A model generated the notes under the pieces. It saw nothing but the letters and a program-made list of their open reading frames with translations, was not told the DNA's origin and made no database searches. Positions 10,871 through 23,380 of a stretch of 64,000 bases of DNA are shown here, piece after piece; position 1 is the first letter of the stretch, and every line of letters begins with the position of its first letter. The stretch comes from Lytechinus pictus (taxonomy: Eukaryota): contig NC_087246.1 in assembly GCF_037042905.1 (NCBI RefSeq), positions 5,334,001 through 5,398,000 on the forward strand, in the 5' to 3' direction. The position numbers were made by a program, and so were the translations under genes.

Positions 10871-13800
10871 TTTACAAGTATTGGCATCAAATCGGCACCC
10901 TTGACAATTATTTCCTGAATTGACCACCTAAACAAGTAAAGCGATATTGATCGCAGACGTCGGCTTTACCTTTACTTACCCAGGTAACAATACAGCGTTG
11001 GACCAACGTTGGATCAACGTTGGGAAATTTTTTCCCAACGTTGCCTCAACGTTGGCAGGCCAACGTTGCATCATCGATAGAAGTGCACGCGCATACATCG
11101 TCAGACCAACAACATTTCCAACGTCAGTTCAACGTTGTCCAGCAACAATGTTTCAACGTTGTCTGGCAACGTTGATCCAATGTTGGCTAAATAGTCAAAT
11201 ACAACATTGCTACAACGTTGGTAAGCAACGTTGCATCATCGATAGAAGTGCACGTCCATACATCGTCAGACCAACAACATTTCCAACGTCAGTTCAACGT
11301 TGTCCACCATCAATGCTCCAACGTTGGTATAATGTCGGCTGAGTCATCAATAACAGCATTGCTGCAGCGTTGATGGGCAACGTTGAAGCAGCGATGGACG
11401 TGCACTTGCATACATCGTCAGTCCAACTATGTTTAGGGAGCTTGTCAAAAGTCCATGCACCGTTCTATACCGTCTTTACTGCATCCGGGTTTTCGCTTCG
11501 GCTTTCCTGCCCAACGTTCCCTTCTCTTCAAAGGAACGGCCGCCATCAAAGGCCCATTGATGCCACCGTTCTTTTGTTCGTCTTTCCTGCAAGTCTTAAT
11601 TTCTGTCGAAAAACCGGAGAATCTATTCTAAATAGCTCCCTCTACGACCAAAACAAAGGCGTGCCTTCATATTTATTGTCGGATCGGAGAGTTCGGGTCA
11701 CTGTTCTGAACTATGGTTCGCATCTATAATGGAAGTTCGGGTGCATTCATAAAGCCACAGTAGCTTAATAAAAAAATCACGCACGTGTCATAAATCGTTA
11801 CTGATCTTTCGAATTTGCTGCAATAACCATGAAAACCTCCTTTTTCGCATTGGAAGAGGGTCAATTCATGATGTTTTAGGTGGGAAAATAAGATTCCACA
11901 CATTTTCGTTTCGTAGGCCCAAGCCATTCGTACAATTCACGTCAACTTGGAATATTTATTATTACTCGCATCTGAAACAAGTGTCGGGAGCCCCCCCCCC
12001 AAAAAAAAAAAAAAATAAAATAAATAAATAAAGCGAAGGAAATGGAAAGATAAAATGAATATGACCGGAACAGCTTGGCACTATAAGGCATAGATAGATC
12101 AAAGATTTATTAGAAACTGTTAAAAATAGTTTGTTCAATTTTTGGACGGGCAACCATTTCCCCAGGATAACATAATTATTGTCTCTTAATTTTCTTTATC
12201 TCCTTGTTTTAAAGAAGCGGGACCAAAAGAGAAGATGAAACGAGGAAGAAGAAAACTAAGGATAGGGAGAGGAAAGGAAGGGGAAACAGAGAGAAAATAA
12301 GAAAAAAACATTGGGATGGAGGAAGAGGAAGGGTGAAAAAAATATGGAGGAAAAACAGTTGAAAGAGAAAAAAAAATTGGAAATTTGAGAGGGGGAGAAA
12401 TTTAGGATCGAATCAACGGGAGAGGGGGGACAAATTGGAATATGGAAATGGATAGAGACAGAAAATAAGGGGAAAGAAGAAGAGAGATCTGGTGGACGAT
12501 GGGGGGGGGGAGAAATAAAGGGGAAAAAGGGAAAGAGTGAAAGGGGAACAGAGGGGAAGACATGCAGTGGCGGAGGCTGGATCCGCCCCTGATTTAGATT
12601 TACATTTTATTTACCCCATCGATCCCCTCTCGGGGTATGAGAGTACATATAAACAACTTATAACAGACTAAAGTATGTAACTTCATTTAATTGGTTTAAC
12701 GTATTAAACGTAATGTTCGGAATTGAAGATGAATACCAAATGTGGTAACGATCTGAAAATTAGTTCGATCAGAATCCAATGAAATTTACCAACGGAGTGT
12801 TTGTTTGTATAAATGAAAAATATTTGCCAAATAGCCCTGTGAAAGAAAATCGTGCTGAGAAATGAGCGATATAAGCACGGAATTCCATCAAGTTTCAGGT
12901 ATTTTTCGAGGCAATATTATAATACACTGTCCCACGTATGCTTTTCTGTTTTAGTCATCATCAGAATTATCGATATTGAGCGGCGATTTCATTATTCTAC
13001 AAAAATAAGTGTATATTAATGTACTAGATCTAGATTTATGATTAATATTTCGTATCGAAATCGTCATGTAATCATATTTGAAATTGCGTCTGATACTTTG
13101 TGCTGTACATGGTCTATGACCTCTCATAATTATCGATATCGTCATCACCGCTGTTACAATCGCAATCATCCTCATTTCTCTATTATAAGTATTATCTTCA
13201 TAAACATTTCTATTATTTCATTATAATTTTATCTTCATAAATCGGTGAGGTGGGAGAAGGAGGAGGAGAAGAAGAATTACCAAGGAGAAGCAGACGTACA
13301 TGTAGAATGGGGGAGCAGTAAAAAGGGATGAGAATAATAATGAGAGATGAGGAAGAATACGAAGAGGAAAAAGGAAGATAAAGAAAAAGCTTATCAGTAT
13401 ATTACATCATCTGATCAAGTTTTTATTCTCATCTCGATCGTTCTCTGCATGGGTAGTGTTTAATTTATTGTTTTAATTGTCATGTTAAAACTCTTCGATT
13501 AACTTTGGTAAATAATACGTAATTTTGTCTTTTGAATTTTGTCGAGTATTAACAAGCATTTTAAAATATTTACAAAAGTGCAGTGGTCATCGGATTTTTT
13601 TCTTCAGATGTCATGAATCAAGCACCATTTCTCGATGATGTTCTATTTTAGAAATAACCTTTTGAGCACCAAACGAAGTATGTTGCAATGTTATTCAGAC
13701 CTACATCTTGAAGTCTGTCCCGATAGATGGTTTCCAATTCAAAATACACAGACATTTTGATCGGTCGCCAAATCGCTGGAAAAAAAAGAATGTGTGAAAA

Positions 13801-16139
13801 GGGCTAAATTTTCCAATAAAACACATTTGATTTCATACCTATCACATCACAATCACTTTGGGGCCATGCTCATATAATCAAGGAGATATCATCTCCTTGA
13901 TATTATATAGTACTCAGGAATGGAATGGTGACATGAACTTTTCTGACCGGGATTTACCAATATAATTATAAACTTAAAAGCTTTAAATCATCATCAAGAA
14001 GGAATATAAGCGGACACAATTCAGTTAAAAAAATAAGAATAAACTAAATGGGAGGCTTACAAGTTGCACAAATTGTGTGTGATTTTTATTTCATCTAAAA
14101 GTATGTTTCTAGGTATTATTCATTGAATGTGTGACTTTCGTAACTTTCAGTATTTGTATTTGTCATAATCACCAAGGCTACCACTACCACATTCACCATC
14201 ACCGCCACCACCACCATCATCATCATCAGTTTTGATTATCATCACTATCATCAGCAGCATCATTATCGTCAACAGCAAATCATCTATGTCATTATCATAG
14301 TTATTGAAATTAGGATCATTTTTTGTAAGGAAATAATGAAAGGGAATGAAAGAAAGGTTGTAGCGGGAAGTGAAGGGGGGGGGTTGAATTTGTTCTAAAG
14401 TAAAATCAATGTGAGTAGAATTAACTCTATGTTTTTATCTATATTGCAGTGATGGTAAAAATCAGTACAATACTAGGATGCCATGATGTTCAATAATTTA
14501 AACTTCAAATTTCAATACTTCACGGGTGAAGATATGGGGCCGTAAGCTTCAGGGTGATTATGTAGAATGATATTAACATTAGATCATTACTCTAAAATAG
14601 ATGAAAGATAATTATTATTTATCATCTATATCAGGTTGTACACAACTGGCCTACAGCAAAAGCAAATAGGGCCATGATATAGTCTTCTCCAGCAAGAGAA
14701 TTTAACATTATTGACCTTTCAGGATTACTTGGCATTGATACTCATCGAACTGTTCTTAGTCATTGCCCAGGCCTATGATCATGAAAAAGCAAGATCACTC
14801 ACCCGTGTAGAGAATCATTGACAATGGCATGCTCAGCGGGTTCGCCACATACAACAATGAATGGGAGAGGCGCTCAGAGAATAGTTCCCCATATCCGCTG
14901 TCGTGATTATTGTCATAATTTCAATAGATAAACCTATTTCAAAAGACCGTTGGCCCGTCCGATGGGGAATCTTTTGTACTATAGTGTAATAAAGTACGTG
15001 TATACAGTAACTACCGTCCCGACTTCTTTCTTTCACCATCATCGAGTAGCGATTAGCGTGTAAAATCGCATAAATTATCTCACAAAACGGATCTAATGTT
15101 CATGATTACCAGCATCACCATTATCATTACTATTACCTTTCATATATTCTTAATTATATAAAATATAAAATTGATATTGGAGAACGATTGGAAATAGATA
15201 CTGAATGAATGATGATGGTGATGATGATAACAGTGATGATGATATAATGATAATTATAACTTTGAAGTGATATTAACGGACATGATAATACGAATAATAA
15301 TATCAGTGATAATGTTGATGATTAAATGATAACAAATGAAGATGATTGGTATATTTTGCGGCAATGAACCATGTATAACTTGAGACGCGCTTTTCCTTTA
15401 TCATGTTTGTTATAAAAGGTTTTCATATCATTATCCTGAAATACATAGATTATATTTAGATTAAAAAGAATGAGAATGGATGGCCTTCATCTAATTTTGG
15501 AAAAGATTTTGCGGGTTGTCAAGTCCGACGCAGTATCAAACATGCTTGCATATCGAGGTCGATGCGATTTTTATATCGACATCATCCCCCAGAGTCTATC
15601 AAGTTATGAATTTGTGTGCATTTTCGCAAAATTGACATTTGTAATACAAATACGAGATTATTCTAATGTTAGAGTACTGTAACATCCGAACTGCATGCCA
15701 TCCCGGCTACGTACGTTTTGAATACATCGGCTATTTCGATTTCTAGATGCATGATACCATGCAGTTAAAGCGGTTTACGCCTGAATCATATTGATTGTAT
15801 TAACTTTATTATAACGTCGACAAACAGAATTCATCAGATTCATCATCTTTATCATTACACCAATGACATGGACTTATGCACATATAGGCCTACGTCTTTT
15901 GCTTGATTGAACACTGACCCTCTCCCCCTCCCCTCCCCCATTAGAGCGAAAACAATGAAATTGCGCGCTCTCATTAATATTGATTTCGATACGGAGATCG
16001 GGAAATGCACGCCACTAATTTACATTATTTGTATACCACTTAGAACAAAACATTTATCTAAACGCTAAGGAAAAAATATAGAGAGAGAAGGAATTTCACC
16101 AAAAATAAAGTAGTTGTACAGTTCACAGTAGGCTGTAAA

Positions 16140-16262
16140 CAATTGAGGGGCTTCACATGCGGAGGGAAAGCTATATTTAACAAAAAAGGTTTTAACACGG
16201 ATTTGAATTTCTCTCTTGAATCTGCTTGTTTAATACTTTTTGGTAGATTGTTCCAGAGTTGG
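16140..16262 (-). mobile_element. L2/CR1-group LINE ORF2 C-terminal remnant
   Basis: QLWNNLPKSIKQADSREKFKSVLKPFLL matches the typical WNxLP...FKxxLK tail of this group. Confidence 0.65.
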
Positions 16263-17619
16263 ATCCAGGGGTGGGGCAAGGGGTCCGCCCTCCCTCCTCC
16301 CCCTATTGGCGGAGCAAAAAAAGGGGGAAAGAAAGACCAAAAAAGGGAAAAGAGGGGAGAAAAAATGGTAAACATGAGAGGAGGAAAACGAGTGAATAAA
16401 TAAGATGAGGGGAAGACTTCGAAAACAATAAAAAAAAATCTTTCATGTCATTATATAAAATTTTCGCTCGTGCTTTGCGCTTGCATTACCTTTTAGGTAG
16501 TTTACCTATATGGAACTTTAAATATCAAATTTTGAAGTCAATATACATAACATATTTCAGCTCGGAAATTGAACTTTCATTTTAAAAAAGTGTTCTGTAA
16601 AAATTTCTTTTTTATTGTCTGAATATAAACATTTTCTGCTTGCGCTGCGCGCTCACAAAATTTGATTTCCAGGTACTTATTATTTTCCTGTATTCCATAT
16701 ACTTATAAAAATATCCCTATTCATGTCAGATTGTAAAAACGTATCAGCTAGCGCTGCATGCTTGCATTTTGATTGGTGAGTTATAAAAATTTAAATATTA
16801 ATTCTATAACAAACTACTTAAAATCTCCATTTTATGACAGTTTATCAACAATTTTCGGCTGGCGATATGCGCGCACATTGATTGTTAAAAATATATTAAC
16901 TCATGCATCTTATTCATTATTACAAAAGCGCTTTAAATTGTTCCTTTTTCAAAATGGAATATCGACAAGTTCCATCTAGCGCATTGATAGGAAGAGAAAT
17001 AGGAAGACAGTCATAATTTTCATACGATAGAATAATGTTCTTAGAATGTCCCGGTCCTACATGTATGTCAAACTCAAAGTAATAATAATGAAACATATCA
17101 GCTCCTTTTTAACTGTGATCCATATCCACTCACAATTTTCCTACAAATCTCGAATTTTCCGCTTGCGCTTCGCGCTCGCATCAATTGCTTTGTTATATAT
17201 TCAACTTTTTCATGATTACAAAAATTGCTTAGAATTTCAATTCTTCAAGTAGAAAGGTCAAAATTTTTAGCTCGCGCTTCGCGCTCGCGTTATTTGACTG
17301 TTGAAATATGTAACGTCTTCATGGCTAACTGCAATCAGCCGTTAACATATCTTTTTTTTATCAGAATGATCAAAGCGTATATTAAATTTACTCATCTCGT
17401 TTAGGATCACAAGCATTGCCAGAATGCCATTTTAGGACAAAATACATGGAATAATAATTTAAACAATAGCTCGAGCTTCGCGCTCGCACTATTTAGATAA
17501 GGCTTATGAGATTATTTTACATTCATTTAAACAAACAAAAATCATATTTGAGCGGCTGATCGGGGGTATGTGGTTAAAAAGACCCCCCCCCCCTTTGGCG
17601 AAGGCTGGTTCCGCCCCTG
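16261..17619. mobile_element. Non-autonomous element of CAGGGGCGGATCCAG type with dispersed GCGCTTCGCGCTCGC repeats
   Basis: Left end GGATCCAGGGG (truncated), right end CTGGTTCCGCCCCTG. Multiple (GCTC)GCGCTTCGCGCTCGC motifs, for example near 17165, 17271 and 17470. Confidence 0.65.
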
Positions 17620-19532
17620 CAAGTGTACTCACTTTTTGAGAGTCACAGCAAATATCTGTAATATGAATATGTTGTTCAAACACAAGTAAAGACCTTAATT
17701 TTTTAACGTCACGTTTTAAACGGGTCAAAATGCCCTATTTTAGTGACAACTTTTTTGTCTAAAAAGTTTTCAAGGGAAAATGTGCCCCCACCTGAAAATC
17801 TGCCACTGATTGAATACATATAAATCATTCAATTATAGACACGTGTAGTTCAGAATAATGCATAAATCCGAATGATTAATACATATATATATAATAAGCT
17901 TAACGTTTTTACTTCTACTATTTTGATCCTGTTCAAAAACACAATTCGAATTAACTTCATCGCAGTGGTGCCAACCGGTGCCAACACTGAACACTTCAAT
18001 GTTCTTGCTCGTAAATAAATACTGTTTTCCCGAAAGCACGAATCCAATTTAACCACATGTCTATCCCGGCTTTTGTATGAAAAAAAAAGAGATCAGGCTC
18101 AGTGGGATTGAAAAGAAAAATCTTACCAGCGCCTGAACAAATCACGCTTGCATTATTTAGTCTGATACTTACCCTCTCGATGACTTTGAAATATTATGGT
18201 TGTTATTAAATCGAGTATTATACATCTGTTCTATGAAACTCGATTTTGAAAACATTTATTATAAAGATACTTATGAACAAATCATATTTGGTTTACATAT
18301 TATAAAGCGCCTTCTCATATTTCAAGTTTACCTTATAAACGTACACTGTAAGTATTTTCAAACGAAATCTATGAAAAGGATGGAAGTTAGACTTTCATTT
18401 TGATGCCAAATAGTCTTATTAATTGGGATTAGTTGCAAACACGGTGTTCGATTAAAAGACACATCGGGGACACATCAAAGTATTAAGACAGTCACCCGCG
18501 CTGACAAAGTGGTAATCTCCCATTGAAATACCCCCACCAATCAAGGGGTCATCCTTCTATTGAAATCCGCCACCAGTCAGACCACCTCTATGTTCAACAA
18601 TAGGGTAATCTCCCCAATCAAGAATGGGGTAATTTAAATCTACCTTGACAATGGGGTAAGCCGAGCTCTCCCATTAAATACAGCTAGCAATGCACTGGCC
18701 CAGGTCATTTTCAACGTCCGGCTTTCGGGGAATTAAAATGAGCATCAAATGGGTAGTTTTCTTGTTCTCGTTTTGTCCCCATACTAGAGCCTTGATTTTG
18801 GTTCTTTTCGTAATGTGTATTTTAATATGGTTTCCATTATACATCTCAGCATTTCGACATTTAATGTAGTTTAATACTTGTCTTTATAAAGAGCAATATT
18901 ATATAAAACCTGTTTGGCGCAGCAAATTATAACATAACGTTCCACTGATATTTTATCAACATATTTTTAATTAACCATGTAACTTCCCTCCTTATAGGTC
19001 TACTCTTAATATTAACATTCGAGTTATATTATTTGCCTATCATCTATCCGTGCATTTTAATAATCAAATATATTTGGAAAAGGGGTGTTTACCAGGCGAA
19101 AGTGAAGGTCCTCACGTGTGCATGAACGACATATCCTCATTAAAATACATGCTGTGAGTTTCAAAGGGGGGCACACTTGTGTAAAAATGGCACATTTACA
19201 TTAGCAATTGATAATGGCTCTCAAAGGGGGAGGGCGCAAGGGCCGGATGACACCCCCCCCCCCCCCCCCCGGTATCACTACTGTACCCTCCAGGTGCAGA
19301 ATATAGACCCACTGACTTATTTTAGTATTATTATTATTACTTATTATTTGTACTGCGCTTTTCCCATTAGGCCCAAAGCGCTTACAATAGTAGAGGTCAC
19401 AGAATAGACCACAATACTTTTGAGAGGCCAACTATTGTTCAAAATAAATACGGCGCCTATTAGATTGTATTGTGTTAATTCGGCAGGATCTGCGCCAGCA
19501 TACACTCCATCCTTCTTGATCTAGTATGCCTA

Positions 19533-19696
19533 ATACCTCGGTCACATTTGTTCTACGGCGGCCGTACGGCGAGTCGAAAACAGTCGTTTCAACAGTTTTT
19601 GTACCAGCTAAATATAGGTGGTTTGAATAAAAATGAATAAAACGGCTGTTTTCGACTCGCCGTACGGCCGCCGGAGAGCAAATGTGACCGAGGCAT
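19533..19696. mobile_element. Short palindromic MITE
   Basis: About 57-bp arms: ATACCTCGGTCACATTTGTTCTACGGCGGCCGTACGGCGAGTCGAAAACAG pairs with CTGTTTTCGACTCGCCGTACGGCCGCCGGAGAGCAAATGTGACCGAGGCAT. TA on both sides. Confidence 0.85.
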
Positions 19697-22368
19697 TACC
19701 ATTTCCTGAACGTTTATTGATTTTTTTTTGTGTGTAAAAGTATTTAAATTTGCAAGCTATACAGAATACAGCTATACGATTAAGAGGTGAAGTACAAAGT
19801 TGGAAGGGAAACTAGGCCAAAGAGGCTTTCGTATTACAAACTTTACGTCGGTAAATTATGTTTACCTTAGACACTGGGAATCTAATTTGCAATAATTTGA
19901 CACACACATATTGCAGATAAATTCAGATATTTGATAGGAAGAAGAATTCAACGGCAATATGCACTACTGTATAAGTCAAACGTGAAGGTTAAAAAAATAA
20001 GTATAGAAAAGGTTTATAAAAATTCAAAGGAAGAAATGAAGTAAGATGAAAAAAAAAAGAAGCTATTAAAATTAAGTTGACAAAATTAAATATTGTGAGT
20101 AGAACTGAAAAATTGAAAGAAATAATTAAGCCTTCCCCAACCGCCGAACGGTTTTGAAGGGGATCACCATGCATAAAATCATGGTACTTTTTACATTTTG
20201 TACGCTATTTGGAGGAAAAAGAGTGTGGAGGCTTCAGCCCAGACCCCCTTCGGTTCTGTGTCTGCTGGATGGTAATCAAGAACACTTGGTCACTTAGTAC
20301 TCTAGATCACAGGGGAAATTGATAAGAGAATAAAGACGGATCCCAGGTAAAAAGATAATATAGGTTTTCATGTCCAATTTCATGTCAGAGTCACTTAAAT
20401 GTGTTAATTTGCATTTTAATTCACGCGATATTTTTTCCCCGGAGACATCGGTCATTCAAATTTTAGAATGGGATTCATTAAAATACGCTATAATTCCTTT
20501 ATAAACATTCAACTCAATTCATGGTCAAGACTACCTCAAATTTGATAATTTTTATACTAAATTGTTAAGTGCTTTTGATTTCGTTTGAAAGTAAAGATGT
20601 TTGTAATGGTCTTACAAAGTAACGAAAATACTTTTTGTTCTAAATTTCGGGCAATGAAATTCAAGAATTGTGCATTTAATCAACAATGACCGATATGACT
20701 GCTTGAGCATCCAATTTAATTTTTAAAACTTCAAATTAATGATATTTTATCCGTTTGTTTTGCACGACATCTGTATTATGTGTGAATATATAAGTTTCTA
20801 GCATGTTAATGTTTAAACATAATGTATAATAAGAGTAAAATTGTTGTGCACTTTGGCTAAATTAGATATAGGCCTATGTTTAGCTCAAATATGAATTTCA
20901 ACGATGCCCTTGTCCATTTTCCCACAAAAACGCTTGCATTTTATGAGTTTATTATTTTTTGTCACAGTATAGCGTTTCAATGTAGATATTTAAATGCCAT
21001 CATTTTGGGACCCAGGTATGATTTATATTGCATCTTTTGCAAAGGGTTTTGCATTTCGTTTACAAAGAAGTTAAGGACAATTCCATATTTTTCCTTTTCA
21101 CCCGACAATGCTGACTGTGTGGGCTCAGTGTGATGAAAAAAAATCTTACCCGCGCCTGAACATTTACTTTTAGAAAGTCAGTGTCTTAACGGTATATTCT
21201 TCAAAATAAAGCAACTCGTTCTATTTAAAAAAATCAAATCTAAATCTAATTGAACTTTGTCACTACTGAAACCTGAAACGAAAAACTATAAAAAGAAATT
21301 GTGAAAGCGTAACTTTGGAAAATGTACCCCCAATGGACTAGGCACACCGATACAAGGACACAATGATATTCAGATCAGTGACTAGAGATCGGGCGTTCAA
21401 TAGTTTGCCTAAAACGCCGATATCGTGAACATAGAGGGCGCTAATGCAAAAACATATTATCGGAGAGCCAACCGAAGCATGTCAGAAGAAAAGATAAAAG
21501 CGAACGCTTCCGTTTTCGCTGCAAAAGGGCACGCTGGCGTCTTGAATGGCAAGAGCACTGACCCGTAGGAAAGAAAAATGGACAATGGCACGCTCAGCGG
21601 GTTCGCCGTAGAATATAAAGGTAAAGACGCACGCACACTTTTGACAACACGCCTTACAACGTTGGTTCAACGCTGTCCAGCAACAATGCTCCAACGTTGT
21701 CTGGCAACATTGCTCCAACATTGTTACAACGTTGTCACAACGTTGCTCCAACATTGCTCCAACGTTATTCCAACGTATGGCAGTAATTAACAAAACATTA
21801 ATTGGTTTCAAGGTGAAGTCCACCATTACAACTCTTCACTCTAATCTTTATCATCATGTCTTATCCTATCCTAAAATCCTACATCCTAATCCTAAATCCT
21901 ATTCCTATCATCCTACACCTATCCACTGTATCCTGTCATTGACTCCTATATATAGAGCAACTTTGCTATACTTGGCAGAATACAGTTAATATCATTTTCC
22001 ACACTTAACCTTGAATATTTCACTTAGAATAATATGTTTTGATTATAAATGATATGGTAATGGAGCCACATACTTTTCTGAACCTTTTCATGGTGGAAAT
22101 ATTGAATAAACATAAATACTCTAATTATTATAGCAATATTACCTAAAATTTTGGTCATTTACTGATGTAATGAATATTCATGAGTGCATAATCATTGTCC
22201 AGATGAGGCAGGTTTGGCAGCGTTGGTCCAATGTTGGTCCAACGTTGGGTGACGTTGATCCAACGTTGGTATAATGTTGGTCCAATGTTGATGGAAAGTT
22301 GATTCAACTTTAGTCCAATGTTAGCGTAAACGTTGATTCAATGTTTGTCTAATATCGGTTAAATGTTG

Positions 22369-22888
22369 TTATACCCTACATTGAGTAAATCCTGTATAGT
22401 GATTGGTTCAAGTAGCATCATGTGACCGAATATATTTCAACTATGATGTTGCGTGACGTCAGACCTCGATATATTTTTGGATATACCAATATTCTGACGT
22501 CATTATTTCACAAAACTGGATATCTCGGCGCACCGGCTAGCGCGCTCTCTCTCCCGGCCAAGTCCAGCGCGATGCGTCAGCGCAGGCACTAATCTTCGTT
22601 CCGCTGAGCGCGGTGCATGGCTCGGAGAAACGGTAGGTAATTCAACGCAAGTAACAGGACTTTGCAAGCTCAGCGCATAGATTTTGGTTATAAATTATTA
22701 AAAGTAGGATATAAAGCAAATATATCAGGCGTTTCATTCGAAAGAATAGTGGGAATTATTAATCCTCGGTTGGACTGGCAAAACTATTTCCCTCGGGGCT
22801 TCGCCCCTCGGGGAAAAATAGTAATTGCCAGACCAACCTCGGATAAATAATTCCACTATACTTTCTCAAAGCCTGATATATTTGTTTA
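22369..22888. mobile_element. Hairpin element A: short terminal/subterminal inverted repeat plus a long terminal hairpin of about 175 nt
   Basis: TTATACCCTAC (22369) pairs with GTAGGATATAA (22704). Then an imperfect hairpin at about 22713-22888 with apex GGGGCTTCGCCCC. Confidence 0.65.
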
Positions 22889-23380
22889 TTGTACAACGCC
22901 TACTTAGCTTGTTGTACGCGAGCAAATGGGAGGCTGAATGTCAAACATTCGTACCGTTGCACAAAAGACGTACCATCCAAAATGTACCGTCCAAAGTGTA
23001 CCGTTGCACGACTTTAGGAGGTGACGTCACAATACGATTTGATTCATTGCGCTCGGTAAAAATGAACAATACGCGTATAAGCCAGCTGGCTAAATGCGCA
23101 AGGCTGCCCAAGGTCATGTGCGCTTGTGGGATTTTGCTTTCTGCTTTCGGTATTTTTGCTCCCTTTTCATAGATTACTATAGGGATAAACTCTTTGTTTT
23201 TTCATATTTTCGCTAAATTTCGAGGCGTTGTACAACACAAATAGCGAATATTCTTATTCGTGCAATGGTGCGAGATTTCGCATTCGGTGAAAGAAATCAC
23301 GCCGAGTTGAATAGAGCATCTTTCTTTCACCTCATGCGAAATCTCGCACCATCGCACTCATGCCTATTCGCTATTTGTAT
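22889..23380. mobile_element. Hairpin element B: same architecture, different sequence
   Basis: TTGTACAACGCCT (22889) pairs with AGGCGTTGTACAA (23223). Then a hairpin ACAAATAGCGAATA...GGTGCGAGATTTCGCAT...ATGCGAAATCTCGCACC...TATTCGCTATTTGT at about 23237-23378. Confidence 0.65.

Noticed and set aside
12565..12591. 27-bp mini-transposon CAGTGGCGGA...GATCCGCCCCTG
   Set aside because: No TSD in the flanks; more likely a deletion remnant joining two ends.
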